Shown here one piece after another: positions 46,756-57,136 of a DNA stretch of 64,000 nt (positions are counted from its first letter, which is position 1; each line of letters begins with the position of its first letter). This DNA is from a virus. Its lineage: Duplodnaviria > Caudoviricetes. The notes under the pieces are model-generated. The model was not told where the DNA came from. It ran no database searches and was given only the letters and a program-made list of their open reading frames with translations. A program made the translations under genes and the position numbers. The stretch covers positions 96,001-160,000 of IMG/VR virus record IMGVR_UViG_2889049205_000001; one strand, given 5' to 3'.

Positions 46756-48342
46756 TTGACGACAACACGCAGCAATAAGCGTACCGGTGGAACAAAGCCC
46801 GCCGAACAAAATCCTGATCTCTTTGACCAGGCTCCGGCGAGTTTGGTCCTCGACGAGTTCCAGATGCTAAAACGCTTCATTACCAACATGGAAGATAACG
46901 TGTATTGCGTTACGAATCTTCCTGAAGAATTTATCGCCGTTCTTTTTGCATGGGTATCCCGCTCTCCAAAAAGCTTCAAGGAGCATGTGCTTCAGGCGAT
47001 TAAGGACGGATTTATTGATCCGGCCAAGATCCTGGAGAATCCATATGAGCAACTGAGCGATAAAGCGGCAGCCTTCCACGAAAAGTGGGTTGTAGGCTAT
47101 GGTCATAGCTCGGTTGCCGAGCATGCTAATGCCCACGTCGGCGTGGAGCGAGTGTCCCGCTTGGCCTCTGCCGAGCTGGAACTTTCCAACGAGCATTATG
47201 CCATTACGGAATACTCACAGCGTTACCAGAAGCCCGTGCGTGGCGCCTGGTTCAATCCGTTCGAGCGGTGGATTAATCACAGCGGACCGACTCGTGACAT
47301 GCACGAGAACCCCGCCTGGATCGCCTACGAGGGCTTCATGAATGAGTGCTTCGACGTATTCGAAGAGCTGATTGATGGCGTTTATAAGCATCTCACGGAA
47401 GGCAAGTTTTATCCGTCGGCCGACTCGGAGATCGCTCGTATCAATGCCACTGCCATGAAGCTGTCATTCGAGGATGCCCGCTATGCGCTGCCGCTGGCGA
47501 TGTTCACGCAACTGGGTATGACGGCAAACGGCCGGTCATGGCGGGATGGACTCAGCAACTTGTATGCGTCTGATTATGCTGAAGTGCATGACATGACCAA
47601 CAAGCTAAAACGTGAAATCACGAAGGTGCTGCCGACACTGCTGAAACATGCCGATCCGTCTGAATACCAGGCGAAAAGCAAAAAGCGCATGAAGGCTCGC
47701 TTCCCGGAAACGTTTGTCAAAGGCAAGGCGCTGCAACCGGTGGCGCTTTACGACTTCCCATTGGAAGGTCACGCACTTCGGGAAATTGTTACGCATGAAA
47801 TAGTACGAGCTCAAGGACTTACGATCAATGAGGCTCGTGCTCGTGCCGGCACATACTCCACGGAGGAGCTTAAAGAAATCGTTCTCGAGCTCATCTGGGA
47901 GATGGGTAAATATGACGCTCCGCCTGAGAGCTTCAAGCAGATTCACTACCAGTTCTCCATGCTCATTTCGGAGGCCAACTGGCATCAGCTGCTTCGCCAT
48001 AATCGCAAAACAGCCTTCACTTTTGCCCCACCAAATGTTCACAGCGGAATCACTATCCCGCCGAGGATCAAAGAGGCCGGACTCGAACACAAACTTGTCG
48101 AGCTCGCAGCAAAAGCCGAAGAGTTTTTCGGAACACTTAGCCCAGGCATTAGAGAATACGTCGTCCTGAATGCGCATCGGCGCCAGATTCTGGCCGACTG
48201 CAACCTCTGGGAGATGTACCATCTGATCAACCTGCGTACGAGTGAAGAGGCGCAGTGGGATATCCGGCAGGCATTCAATGATCTGTACGAACAGCTCAAG
48301 TTTGCCCATCCAACCCTGATTTCGGCAGCCAAGCGGAGGTAG
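46756..48342 (+). CDS. thyX: FAD-dependent thymidylate synthase, tandem-domain type
   Basis: YGHSSVAEHA, EYSQRY, FEDARYALP, second domain QLLRH, LRTSEEAQWDIR. Confidence 0.85.
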   Translation: MTTTRSNKRTGGTKPAEQNPDLFDQAPASLVLDEFQMLKRFITNMEDNVYCVTNLPEEFIAVLFAWVSRSPKSFKEHVLQAIKDGFIDPAKILENPYEQLSDKAAAFHEKWVVGYGHSSVAEHANAHVGVERVSRLASAELELSNEHYAITEYSQRYQKPVRGAWFNPFERWINHSGPTRDMHENPAWIAYEGFMNECFDVFEELIDGVYKHLTEGKFYPSADSEIARINATAMKLSFEDARYALPLAMFTQLGMTANGRSWRDGLSNLYASDYAEVHDMTNKLKREITKVLPTLLKHADPSEYQAKSKKRMKARFPETFVKGKALQPVALYDFPLEGHALREIVTHEIVRAQGLTINEARARAGTYSTEELKEIVLELIWEMGKYDAPPESFKQIHYQFSMLISEANWHQLLRHNRKTAFTFAPPNVHSGITIPPRIKEAGLEHKLVELAAKAEEFFGTLSPGIREYVVLNAHRRQILADCNLWEMYHLINLRTSEEAQWDIRQAFNDLYEQLKFAHPTLISAAKRR

Positions 48343-48344
48343 CC

Positions 48345-48602
48345 ATGACGACATCTGAAGTACGATTTTGCTTCCGAATCAAAGCGGAAGCTGAGATGGC
48401 GCACGACCTCGACACAGGGGAGCTGGTGCCGCTGTATTCGCAGCTGAAAATGGATCTGCCCGAGGTGCCTCCTGCAGACCGCTATACGGAGATGCACCAG
48501 AACTTCGCAGAAAAAGTGGCCGGTATCGCTAAGAAGCCGGTGGAAATGTTTGAGCTGATTACGCCCGAAGAATACGACCGTAACGTGGGCTGGGAATCAT
48601 GA
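48345..48602 (+). CDS. Hypothetical protein
   Basis: GGAGGT RBS; ITPEEYD. Confidence 0.6.
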   Translation: MTTSEVRFCFRIKAEAEMAHDLDTGELVPLYSQLKMDLPEVPPADRYTEMHQNFAEKVAGIAKKPVEMFELITPEEYDRNVGWES

Positions 48603-48617
48603 GGGGAGGTGATTGTC

Positions 48618-48803
48618 ATGAACGCAGCTAAGGCGCAAGCGGTTTTTGATGCGACCGTTGAGAAGTACGTAAACTCCGAGAAAAATTATATCCGCATGCA
48701 AGCGGGTATCAATGTCATTCAGGAGAATGCGATCGTGGACCAGAATGCGGCAGCTCTTAAAGCACAATTTAAGGCAGCCGCAGATGAGCCGGATCCGACT
48801 TAA
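48618..48803 (+). CDS. Hypothetical protein
   Basis: GGAGGTG RBS. Confidence 0.55.
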   Translation: MNAAKAQAVFDATVEKYVNSEKNYIRMQAGINVIQENAIVDQNAAALKAQFKAAADEPDPT

Positions 48804-48838
48804 CCAGCATGGAAGGAAGGGGCAGATTGTTTGTTCCT

Positions 48839-48991
48839 TCCGTCTTGCATATCAATATGGAGCGCCCTGACCTTTGTAGAGGGTTCGATGAGAGCACAGC
48901 TTCGGTGGCCGGTGGGAAGCGCCCTGGATTGGATCAGGGAAAGTCGGAAGCCGTTAAATGCGTGAGGACACCCTGATATGCAAGACGGAGG
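48839..48991 (+). ncRNA. Candidate structured RNA closed by a 16-bp perfect stem
   Basis: TCCGTCTTGCATATCA (48839-48854) pairs with TGATATGCAAGACGGA (48974-48989). Confidence 0.5.
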
Positions 48992-49001
48992 TGAATAAGC
49001 G

Positions 49002-49268
49002 ATGTATCTCGATCGCACTGAACAGCACCGCCGGGATCTCAAGCACCTTATTTACGAGGATCCCTCCAAGCTCCGAACCATGCTTCAGGATATTACTGAT
49101 AAAATCAACATGTTATCTGACAAGTTGGAAGTGGTCACAGATCTATATGGGGATGCCTTGGCTTTTCAGCGGCGCCTTACCAATGAAGAGCGAAGAAAAG
49201 AAGCAAACATGGATTTAGTTGAAAAATATTTGAGAGGCGGGATGCGGCATGGCCGAGTACAAACATAG
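49002..49268 (+). CDS. Hypothetical protein
   Basis: GGAGGTG RBS; C-terminal MDLVEKYL. Confidence 0.6.
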   Translation: MYLDRTEQHRRDLKHLIYEDPSKLRTMLQDITDKINMLSDKLEVVTDLYGDALAFQRRLTNEERRKEANMDLVEKYLRGGMRHGRVQT

Positions 49269-49890
49269 CAAATCAGTATCGGAAACGTATCACATTACAT
49301 GGCCAGGGGAATTTACCTGGGCAAATATCATGATCAATGAAATGGGCGACCTGAACATCCAATCCGACTACGGCAATTATACATACGGATGGCGCTCCTT
49401 CGGCGACAACTTCAAGAAGTTCCTGATCCGGATCTGCGGCAAGTCCGGCGATCACCCAAAAGGCTATTTGTACGACAAGCTGCATGATCATAGTAAGGCA
49501 GCCACAGTCGATGTGAAGAAATCGCTGACCGTTTGGAAAAAGGAAATCATCCGTATGCGCCGTGAAACGGGCCTCCGGTATAAGCGGTATGATTGGGTGA
49601 AACTTTCTAGCGGCGAGATCTCGCAGGAACAAGCCAAAGATGTCTGGGATTCGATATGCATTATTGAGCGTGAACTTGGAAGCACTTGTTCTCAAGATCG
49701 CTTTTACATGTCGCTGGATCGTGAATCTATCAACGATGTATTCGATTGGGAATGGCGTATTCACGGTGACGGCAGTCCGGAGACGACTGGTGACGTCGCC
49801 TGCGAGGCGTTTTGCAGGGAGATTGCACCAGTGTTTGCCAAGATCCTGCAAGATGAGCTCGATCAAGAAGCCATGAAGGAGAGTGCGTAA
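49249..49890 (+). CDS. Hypothetical phage protein
   Basis: GDLNIQSDYGNYTYGW motif. Confidence 0.65.
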   Translation: MAEYKHSKSVSETYHITWPGEFTWANIMINEMGDLNIQSDYGNYTYGWRSFGDNFKKFLIRICGKSGDHPKGYLYDKLHDHSKAATVDVKKSLTVWKKEIIRMRRETGLRYKRYDWVKLSSGEISQEQAKDVWDSICIIERELGSTCSQDRFYMSLDRESINDVFDWEWRIHGDGSPETTGDVACEAFCREIAPVFAKILQDELDQEAMKESA

Positions 49891-50372
49891 TGCGCTATTT
49901 CAGAAGCAAAGTATGTCAACTCGAAACGTCCGAACAGTTCCAGAAGCTGCTGGATCAGTTCTTGGATTTATTCTATCCATTCATCCAAAAGACCGGCGGA
50001 GACGAGCACGACTTTAACCGTTGCTCCAATAACATTAGGTACCGAATCATTAAGATGCGTGAATCAGAGCAAAAGCTCGCTGAAGATTCTGAATCGACAG
50101 ATCTTCGGAGAGATGTAAATTCTAGCGCTCGCCAACTCCGCATGTATTTTCAAGAGTTCCACAATCTCAGTTTTTCGGAATCCAATCAGCTCACGATTGA
50201 GGCTCGTCTTATTGAGTATGAGAACGAAATTGAGGAGCTGGAGAAGCACGGCAATGCACGGCCGGTGATGCGTGAACAGCTCGCAGCTCGCCGTGATTAT
50301 TACTTGGAGCATTATCCAACCCTCGCCTCCAAATTGGCTCAATTCCCGATCCTGTCGGATTCATTCAACTAG
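49890..50372 (+). CDS. Hypothetical protein
   Basis: TAATG coupling. Confidence 0.6.
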   Translation: MRYFRSKVCQLETSEQFQKLLDQFLDLFYPFIQKTGGDEHDFNRCSNNIRYRIIKMRESEQKLAEDSESTDLRRDVNSSARQLRMYFQEFHNLSFSESNQLTIEARLIEYENEIEELEKHGNARPVMREQLAARRDYYLEHYPTLASKLAQFPILSDSFN

Positions 50373-50387
50373 AAGGAGGAGATAGTC

Positions 50388-52364
50388 ATGTCAATCCCAG
50401 CTAATCAGCTGCCACAGGTGTCCATCGAACAGATGCTTATGGAGCTCAATCCGCAGCAGCGGCGTGCGGCGGAAATCATTTATGGGCCAGTTCTCGTTAT
50501 TGCGGGCGCCGGATCCGGAAAAACCAAGACCTTGACGTATCGGATTGCCAACATGATTGGCCGCCATAACATTCAGGCTAAAAACATGTTTGTTGCGACG
50601 TTTACGAATAAGGCAGCAGGGGAGATGAAGGAGCGGATTATCAAGGCATGCGGTCCAGATGCAGTTAGCGATATCTGGGCAGGCACGTTCCACAGCCTCT
50701 GTGTTCGTATCCTACGCCGCTTTGGCCATCATCTGGGTTATGACCCCAAATACTCGATTTACGACCAGGATGACTCCCACAGGCTGATCTACAAGGTGTA
50801 CCAGATGCACAGCGTCGAAGATAAGTATCATCCGAAGCAAGCAGCAGAGTTCATTGGCGACTGCAAGAACAACCTGGCCGACGTGGAGACGGCAATGGTC
50901 CATCGAGTTTACACGACCCAAGATGAAATGATGGCCATCGTGTACCGGGATTATCAGATGATGCTCAAAGAGGCCAATGCTATGGACTTCGATGATCTCA
51001 TTATGAACACGGTCATGCTGCTGGAGAATTTCGAAGAGGTCCGAAACTGGGCTCAGAACAAGTTCCAGTATGTGATGAGCGACGAGTACCAGGACGTCAA
51101 CCATGCGCAGTTCCGGCTGCTGCAGATGCTGGCATGGCCACAGAATAACATTTTCGTCGTCGGGGACGATAAACAGTCCATCTACCGATTCCGTGGCAGC
51201 GACATTGCTCACATCATGAACTTTGAGGCTGTTTACTTTCCGTGTAATACGGTTCAACTCACGATCAATTACAGATCCAATGCGACCATCGTGGCGGCCG
51301 GCAACGGCGTAATCAAGAACAACACACGTCAGAAGGAAATGACGCTAATCGCCAACAAACAGGGCGGGCAGCCGATCAACGACGTGACGCTGGAGAATGA
51401 ACACAAGGAAGCCGCATTCGTGTCCTGGCTGATCCAGAAGGCTGTTAAGGAAGGAAAGCGAAAGTGGAGCGACTTTGCGATTCTCTATCGGACGAACAAC
51501 CAGTCGGCGCCGTTTGAGCAGTTATTTCTGCACAACATGATCCCGCATAAGGTCGTCGGAGGGCTGGGCTTCTTCCAGCGAGAGGAGATCAAGGACATTG
51601 TCTCGTACCTTCGAGTGATCAACAATCCGAAAGACGATGCAGCGATCGGGCGGATCATGAACAAGCCGGCACGAGGCATAGGAGACACCTCACAAGATCA
51701 CCTTCAGGCTTTTGCGCTGTCTCATAAAGTCAGCTTGCATCGAGCCATGAAAATGGTCCGGGACATCGACAAGATCAATAAGCGAACGGGAACTAAAATC
51801 ACTGAGTTCGTGGATCTGATAGAACACTTCCAGAAGTTCTTGGACATGGACGTCTTGAGGTTCTGCCAGTACGTGCTGGATCAAACCGGCTACGTCCGTA
51901 TGTGGGAAAACAAGGCGACGCCGGAAGCTCAAGAGAAAGTTGAGAACATCCAAGAGTTCTTGCGTCTTGTTGAGCGTTACAAACAAGAACATCCAGATAA
52001 AGAACTGAGCGAATTCCTTCTTGAAACTTCCTTGCTCATGGATTTCGATAATCCAGCTGCGGATAATTCGGTCAAACTCATGACGATGCACTCCAGTAAA
52101 GGCTTGGAGTTCCCAGTTGTGTTCATTGTCGGCGTCAATGAAAAGGTGTTCCCATCCTGGCGCAGCAAGGATCAAGAGGACATCGAAGAAGAGCGTCGGC
52201 TGGCTTATGTCGGCATTACACGAGCTGAAGAAGAGTTGTATTTGACACACACCACCCAGCGGACAAACTTCCGTGGCGGTATGGAACTGGTTGAACCTTC
52301 TCGCTTCTTGGACGAACTTCCAGAAGAAATCGTAAGGAAAATGGAGATTCCGCAGAGAAACTAA
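50388..52364 (+). CDS. pcrA: PcrA/UvrD-family SF1 helicase
   Basis: AGAGSGKT, TFTNKAA, DEYQD, GDDKQSIYRFRG, HSSKGLEF, YVGITRA. Confidence 0.95.
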   Translation: MSIPANQLPQVSIEQMLMELNPQQRRAAEIIYGPVLVIAGAGSGKTKTLTYRIANMIGRHNIQAKNMFVATFTNKAAGEMKERIIKACGPDAVSDIWAGTFHSLCVRILRRFGHHLGYDPKYSIYDQDDSHRLIYKVYQMHSVEDKYHPKQAAEFIGDCKNNLADVETAMVHRVYTTQDEMMAIVYRDYQMMLKEANAMDFDDLIMNTVMLLENFEEVRNWAQNKFQYVMSDEYQDVNHAQFRLLQMLAWPQNNIFVVGDDKQSIYRFRGSDIAHIMNFEAVYFPCNTVQLTINYRSNATIVAAGNGVIKNNTRQKEMTLIANKQGGQPINDVTLENEHKEAAFVSWLIQKAVKEGKRKWSDFAILYRTNNQSAPFEQLFLHNMIPHKVVGGLGFFQREEIKDIVSYLRVINNPKDDAAIGRIMNKPARGIGDTSQDHLQAFALSHKVSLHRAMKMVRDIDKINKRTGTKITEFVDLIEHFQKFLDMDVLRFCQYVLDQTGYVRMWENKATPEAQEKVENIQEFLRLVERYKQEHPDKELSEFLLETSLLMDFDNPAADNSVKLMTMHSSKGLEFPVVFIVGVNEKVFPSWRSKDQEDIEEERRLAYVGITRAEEELYLTHTTQRTNFRGGMELVEPSRFLDELPEEIVRKMEIPQRN

Positions 52365-52474
52365 AGAATACATTAGCTTTTTCTCTCTTTCTAGTTTATA
52401 ATGTATTACATCAGGCAATAACTGTCTTATATTATAAACTAGAGAGTTTCCTTATAGATTAAAGGAGGATTCGC

Positions 52475-53485
52475 ATGGCCGCCACTGCAAGAACAAGAAA
52501 GGTTGATCGCCAGGAATTATTCGATCATATCGCCAACTTAATTAAAAATTCACCCAACCAGCAGTCCGAAATCTCGTCCACAGATCTTGCGCATGAGTTT
52601 CAAGTAGAACCACCTACAATGGATCATCATCTCAAGGCTCTTGTTAAGGATGGACTAATTCGGGCAACAGAACGGCGAGGTCGCTACAATCGTAAAATTT
52701 ATGTGTTAACGGATGAAAGCAGTGGCCCATCGATCCCCGTAAGCGTTCCAAAAGAAGAAGGCTCATCCGAGATCGGATCTGCAGGAAGAAAGTGGCTTGA
52801 ACAGCGCCGAGCAGGCACAGGCTCATCCGTTACGGATATCTCGTCCAGGTTCAAGACAGACGATGAGAGCGCAACAACGGAACAGGACGCTTCACCGTTA
52901 ACACCGCAGCCGGCACCCGCATTGCGTGAAGAAGAAGCTCGTCAGCCCGAACTGCCGATAGATCTTGATCCTGTGGCAGCGCCTGCGCCAAGTGTCGGCA
53001 TCCCGGAGTTTTCCTTGGATCAAAAAATTCAAGACTTCCTTGCTCGATCTAATTCGATTCCTTCTGCAGAAGTCGTGCTGCAAAAGACTGACCGTGATAT
53101 CTTAGCTGTCGTCAATGAGACGATTCAGCAAAACATGATCTATCTCAAGGATCTTATGGATCAGCTCTCGACCGTGACAGACAAGAATTTGATTCTTGGA
53201 TTGGTTGAAGAGCGCAATCAGCTTATGGGTAAGATCACAAAGCTGGAAGAGGAAGTCAAAGGTCATGTGGCAATGATCACGAACATGCAGAAGCAAAACA
53301 AGCAGGAACAAGATAAAATCGATCAAAACCGAGTCAAAATGATGTACCAGGTGATGGTGAATACGATCGACCGTTTCGTTGATCAGCCCAACCAATCGAT
53401 GGCTCTGAGCCGGAACGAGTTCCGGAAGCAAGTCACCACTGAGCTTTCTAACCTCGTGAAATATGTACTTGGTGCAGAAAAGTAG
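52475..53485 (+). CDS. Winged-HTH protein with C-terminal coiled coil
   Basis: STDLAHEFQVEPPTMDHHLKALVKDGLI; operator-like site upstream. Confidence 0.7.
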   Translation: MAATARTRKVDRQELFDHIANLIKNSPNQQSEISSTDLAHEFQVEPPTMDHHLKALVKDGLIRATERRGRYNRKIYVLTDESSGPSIPVSVPKEEGSSEIGSAGRKWLEQRRAGTGSSVTDISSRFKTDDESATTEQDASPLTPQPAPALREEEARQPELPIDLDPVAAPAPSVGIPEFSLDQKIQDFLARSNSIPSAEVVLQKTDRDILAVVNETIQQNMIYLKDLMDQLSTVTDKNLILGLVEERNQLMGKITKLEEEVKGHVAMITNMQKQNKQEQDKIDQNRVKMMYQVMVNTIDRFVDQPNQSMALSRNEFRKQVTTELSNLVKYVLGAEK

Positions 53486-53540
53486 GAGAGGCGCTTGTCG
53501 CTTCTCCTTTTTATTTTGTCTATAAAAGGCTGGTGTATGC

Positions 53541-53903
53541 ATGGAATGCCCGTATTGCGGCAGCCCCGCAGTTTTTATGACGCACAAGGAGTTCTACGGG
53601 CGGGATTATGGCGGCAATGTTTACGTTTGTCGGCCATGCGATGCCTACGTCGGGACTCACGGGAGAAGCAAGGCGCCATTAGGGACGATGGCGAATGCAG
53701 AGCTTAGACGGTATCGGAATCAGGCTCATGCAGCCTTTGATCCGATCTGGAAAAGCAAGAGCATGCACCGCACTGCGGCATATCGTTGGATGCAGAAGGT
53801 TATGGATCTCACGCCGCAGGAAGCGCACATCGGCATGTTCGATGTTCCGAAGTGCATTAAGCTTGTTGAAATTTGTAGTCGCTATCGCTCCCATTCATCA
53901 TGA
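53541..53903 (+). CDS. DUF3268-like zinc-finger protein
   Basis: CPYCG, C..CDAYVGTH, PLGTMA..LR..R..AH..FD.IW, AHIGMF. Confidence 0.8.
   Translation: MECPYCGSPAVFMTHKEFYGRDYGGNVYVCRPCDAYVGTHGRSKAPLGTMANAELRRYRNQAHAAFDPIWKSKSMHRTAAYRWMQKVMDLTPQEAHIGMFDVPKCIKLVEICSRYRSHSS
53878..53903 (+). promoter_or_regulatory. Hairpin promoter motif, copy 13 (short-stem class)
   Basis: GTCGC-TATC-GCTCC CATTC ATCAT GA, upstream of the primase RBS. Confidence 0.55.
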
Positions 53904-53927
53904 AATAAACAAACGGAGGTGACGGGT

Positions 53928-55301
53928 GTGGGGAGAAAATATCCCGACGAATTTAAGCAAATGCTCAAAGACAAGGCCACGATCCTGGATGTAGTTTCGC
54001 AATTCGTGCAGATCCAGCAAAACGGGAATGCATTCGTAGCGATTTGCCCATTTCACAACGATACGGATCCGAGTATGCAAATTCGTCCGGATCTGAATAC
54101 GTTCGGATGCTGGGCATGTGGCGCCGGATCTAAGCATCATAGTAGCGTTCAATCTTGTGATGTTTTTGGATTCCTGAAAGGTGTCTTGAATTGCAATCTC
54201 GGCGAAGCGATAGAGTGGCTGGCCACTTTCTTGCATCAGCCGCTGCCGGCCCTTACGCCGGAGGATCAAAAGAAAGCAACGCTGCGGCAGGCATGGGTGG
54301 ACCATTGTAAGCAGGCTGCTGATCGGTTTACGGAAAGCCTCATGAATCACAAGGTTGCCTACAATTACTTGTATCATCGAGGTCTCAACCTGCATGACAT
54401 ATTATCATGGGGTCTGGGATTCGGCGATGACAAGGATACCGACTTCACCAATACCAGGGACCGAATTGTATTTTCGCTTCATGATTATTACGGAGATCTC
54501 GTGAGCTTCACTGGCCGGGTGTTGCTGCCAGATGAAGAGCTCAATCGAATCAACCAAGAACGGAAGTCGAGAGGGGAGAGGGAGATTCCGAAATATCAGG
54601 ATCGTTTCCCTATTAAGAAGGAAGATCCTTATTTCCAAAACCATCCGTATCCGGAATTCGATAAGCGAAATCACCTATATGGGATCCACTTGGCCAAGAC
54701 GTATATCAAGGACTGGCGGACCGCCATTGTCGTTGAGGGATGGACCGATGCGATCATGTTACATAAGTGCGGCGCACGTCATGCGGTTAGTACGATGGGT
54801 GTAGCGCTCACAGACGCCCAGATGGAGTTGATCAAGCGCTCCGGGGCCAAATATGTGATCACCATGCGGGACGGCGACAAGGCCGGCCTGGACGCCGCAG
54901 AACGGGACTGTAAAATTATTGAGCAGCATGGACTGATTCCAATGATCGTGCCGCTCGACAATAAGCTAGATCCCTTTGATTTATGCAAGGCGTATCTTGA
55001 CGGCATGGATGCCGAAGGAATGCTTAAATACATCGACCGGAACAAGCGCACCTATAAGCAATGGCTGATTCAGAAAGTGTTCAATGAGACTCAAGAGGGG
55101 ATCATGTACCATCATTCTGAGATTGCCTATTTGCAGAACATGCGGATGCAGAAGGTGATCGAAATTTTGAGCGCCGTCATGGTGCCGGTCGAGCAGGACA
55201 CGTATCTTCGCCAGGCTTCGGAGCTGTTCAACGTTTCGTATGAAGCTCTGCAAGCGCAAGTCAATCATTATGCGATTCAAAAAAAACATCTGGTGTCATG
55301 A
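53928..55301 (+). CDS. dnaG: DNA primase
   Basis: CPFH..CWAC zinc-binding domain, FTGR, PKY, VEGWTD, DGDKAG TOPRIM. Confidence 0.9.
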   Translation: MGRKYPDEFKQMLKDKATILDVVSQFVQIQQNGNAFVAICPFHNDTDPSMQIRPDLNTFGCWACGAGSKHHSSVQSCDVFGFLKGVLNCNLGEAIEWLATFLHQPLPALTPEDQKKATLRQAWVDHCKQAADRFTESLMNHKVAYNYLYHRGLNLHDILSWGLGFGDDKDTDFTNTRDRIVFSLHDYYGDLVSFTGRVLLPDEELNRINQERKSRGEREIPKYQDRFPIKKEDPYFQNHPYPEFDKRNHLYGIHLAKTYIKDWRTAIVVEGWTDAIMLHKCGARHAVSTMGVALTDAQMELIKRSGAKYVITMRDGDKAGLDAAERDCKIIEQHGLIPMIVPLDNKLDPFDLCKAYLDGMDAEGMLKYIDRNKRTYKQWLIQKVFNETQEGIMYHHSEIAYLQNMRMQKVIEILSAVMVPVEQDTYLRQASELFNVSYEALQAQVNHYAIQKKHLVS

Positions 55302-55311
55302 GGTGCATTAC

Positions 55312-55866
55312 ATGATAGAATGGTTGAAGAAACATATTCAATTTCACGCTTTCGTTCGGGATGGCCGCTATTTTAATCGATTATTCTGGTTCCTGCCTGC
55401 AAAAGAGATCACCAAGCAGGAATTTGATACAATCATGAGTACGAAGCGCATTACGGAAATGCGATTCAAAATGGATCCGCATAAGATAGGTGACTTCTTG
55501 AGCGGTGTCCTCCATGATATCAAACAGTTCAATGAAGAAGACTTCTCTCCCTATGGAGAGCGGGTCGTTCTCACTCCCATTCGTTGTAAAGAATTTCTCA
55601 GATACGACGGATATGAGCTCGATGGCGTATGGAAATGCGAAACGGTGTCCGGCTCGTATATTCATGACTTCTCGATCCATGTAGCCGGCTTTTCTGGACC
55701 GGCCGTGGATCGAGGTGCTAAGCCGTCCGAGTGGCTGCCAGCAATGATTCAGCTTCAATTAAGCGGTGCTTCCGCTACTGAAGAAGATCACGATGCCTTC
55801 TTACGAGCGTTCAAAGCGGAGAAGATCAGGGAGGACTCCTCGGATGAGTTACGGGAACAACAATAA
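55312..55866 (+). CDS. Hypothetical protein
   Basis: GAGGTG RBS. Confidence 0.6.
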   Translation: MIEWLKKHIQFHAFVRDGRYFNRLFWFLPAKEITKQEFDTIMSTKRITEMRFKMDPHKIGDFLSGVLHDIKQFNEEDFSPYGERVVLTPIRCKEFLRYDGYELDGVWKCETVSGSYIHDFSIHVAGFSGPAVDRGAKPSEWLPAMIQLQLSGASATEEDHDAFLRAFKAEKIREDSSDELREQQ

Positions 55867-56521
55867 AGGGAATGCGGGCAATGGTGGGTTCGATCTGGCT
55901 AATTACGAGACAGTCAAGCAGCGCAAGGTTCGCCTACGCAAGGACTATCCGAATTCAATCATTCATCCAATGACGATCTCCGGTATCGGCTATGCAAACA
56001 ATTTCGTTATGCATGTGGCGATGGTCTGGAAAGAGAAGACGGAGATGAGCCTGACACCTGAAGTGGTTGCAGCGATCTCCGATCTGGCCAAGAGTGCGAC
56101 GCATGACAATGCCGGCATCGTGGCGACGACGATCGCTATCATGACCAGGGCGGATAGCGTTGGCCACTCTTTATCCCTTGCGGGTGGACCCAAAGCGGAT
56201 AAGAATGCCTGGGTCGAGAACTCGGAGGAATCAGCGGTTGGCCGGGCACTGGATAATCTGGGGTACCACAGTGGATCCTGCAGCCAGGAAGAGATGATTA
56301 AGGTTGGCTACACAGAAGCTACACAGCAACAGCGTGTGCGCCTTGAGAACGAAATCAATGGCATCTTGATGGATCTGGCTGCTCGTCAGGTGAACTTAGT
56401 TCAACTGCACCAAGAGTGCATCCGGAGGACACGTCCATTCCAACAGCTGCATGAACTGTCCGTGGACGAACTCACGACAATACAGAACTTTCTCACGAGC
56501 AATCAGCCCATAACAGCATAA
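55844..56521 (+). CDS. Possible Rad52/Sak-like annealing protein
   Basis: YETVKQR...YP; VENSEESAVGRALDNLG. Confidence 0.45.
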   Translation: MSYGNNNKGNAGNGGFDLANYETVKQRKVRLRKDYPNSIIHPMTISGIGYANNFVMHVAMVWKEKTEMSLTPEVVAAISDLAKSATHDNAGIVATTIAIMTRADSVGHSLSLAGGPKADKNAWVENSEESAVGRALDNLGYHSGSCSQEEMIKVGYTEATQQQRVRLENEINGILMDLAARQVNLVQLHQECIRRTRPFQQLHELSVDELTTIQNFLTSNQPITA

Positions 56522-56547
56522 AAAACGTAATAACGGTATGAAATATG

Positions 56548-56576
56548 TTGATACTTAATTCTGTATCGCCTATAAT
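56548..56576 (+). promoter_or_regulatory. SigmaA-type promoter
   Basis: TTGATA-17 bp-TATAAT. Confidence 0.7.
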
Positions 56577-56605
56577 CAAGGCATACATAGTTAAGGAGGG
56601 CTCAC

Positions 56606-57136
56606 ATGTCTAAGGATATCAGGGAGCTTGCCAAGGGACTGGTGGGCAGCCCGACAAACAACACCGCATTGCCTTCGGGTGGAGGTTTCCTCGGAGGTAA
56701 AAAGCAATCGTCAAGCAATGAACCATCTTCAGCGCCCGCTATTAATCATTCCCAGGTCGCAGCAGCTTCTGAGGCGACACCGGCCGCCCAAACAACACCG
56801 GCGCCAAGACGGCAGCAGCAGGTTGTACCGAAAGGCGAAAGAATGTATGATGATCTTCCCGCCGAAGCAAAGAAAGTGTACCGGGACGATGTGGATCCGG
56901 AGCGTTACGGCGTCAAGCCGCTTCAGCGCAACGTGCGCTATTATAACAAGGATATTGTCAAATGGCTCGGGGACTTCTCGGAAGAGAATCAGCTCGAGGG
57001 CGGCGAGGCGATTACGCAGTCCGTCTTGATCGAGACGCTGCTCGGTATCGCCATGTATGACCTGCAGCTGCAGCCGGACGGATTTAAATCCGCAAGAGAC
57101 GTTCGTCAATATATCTTGAGTAAATTAAAGGAATAA
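56606..57136 (+). CDS. Hypothetical protein, possible RHH DNA-binding C-terminus
   Basis: Disordered N-terminal half; strand-helix-helix ending TQSVLIETLL. Confidence 0.6.
   Translation: MSKDIRELAKGLVGSPTNNTALPSGGGFLGGKKQSSSNEPSSAPAINHSQVAAASEATPAAQTTPAPRRQQQVVPKGERMYDDLPAEAKKVYRDDVDPERYGVKPLQRNVRYYNKDIVKWLGDFSEENQLEGGEAITQSVLIETLLGIAMYDLQLQPDGFKSARDVRQYILSKLKE

Noticed and set aside
48855-48973. Second pistol or hammerhead ribozyme
   Set aside because: GTTAAAT, AAGCG and GATGAG fragments are present but in the wrong order and without the required stems.
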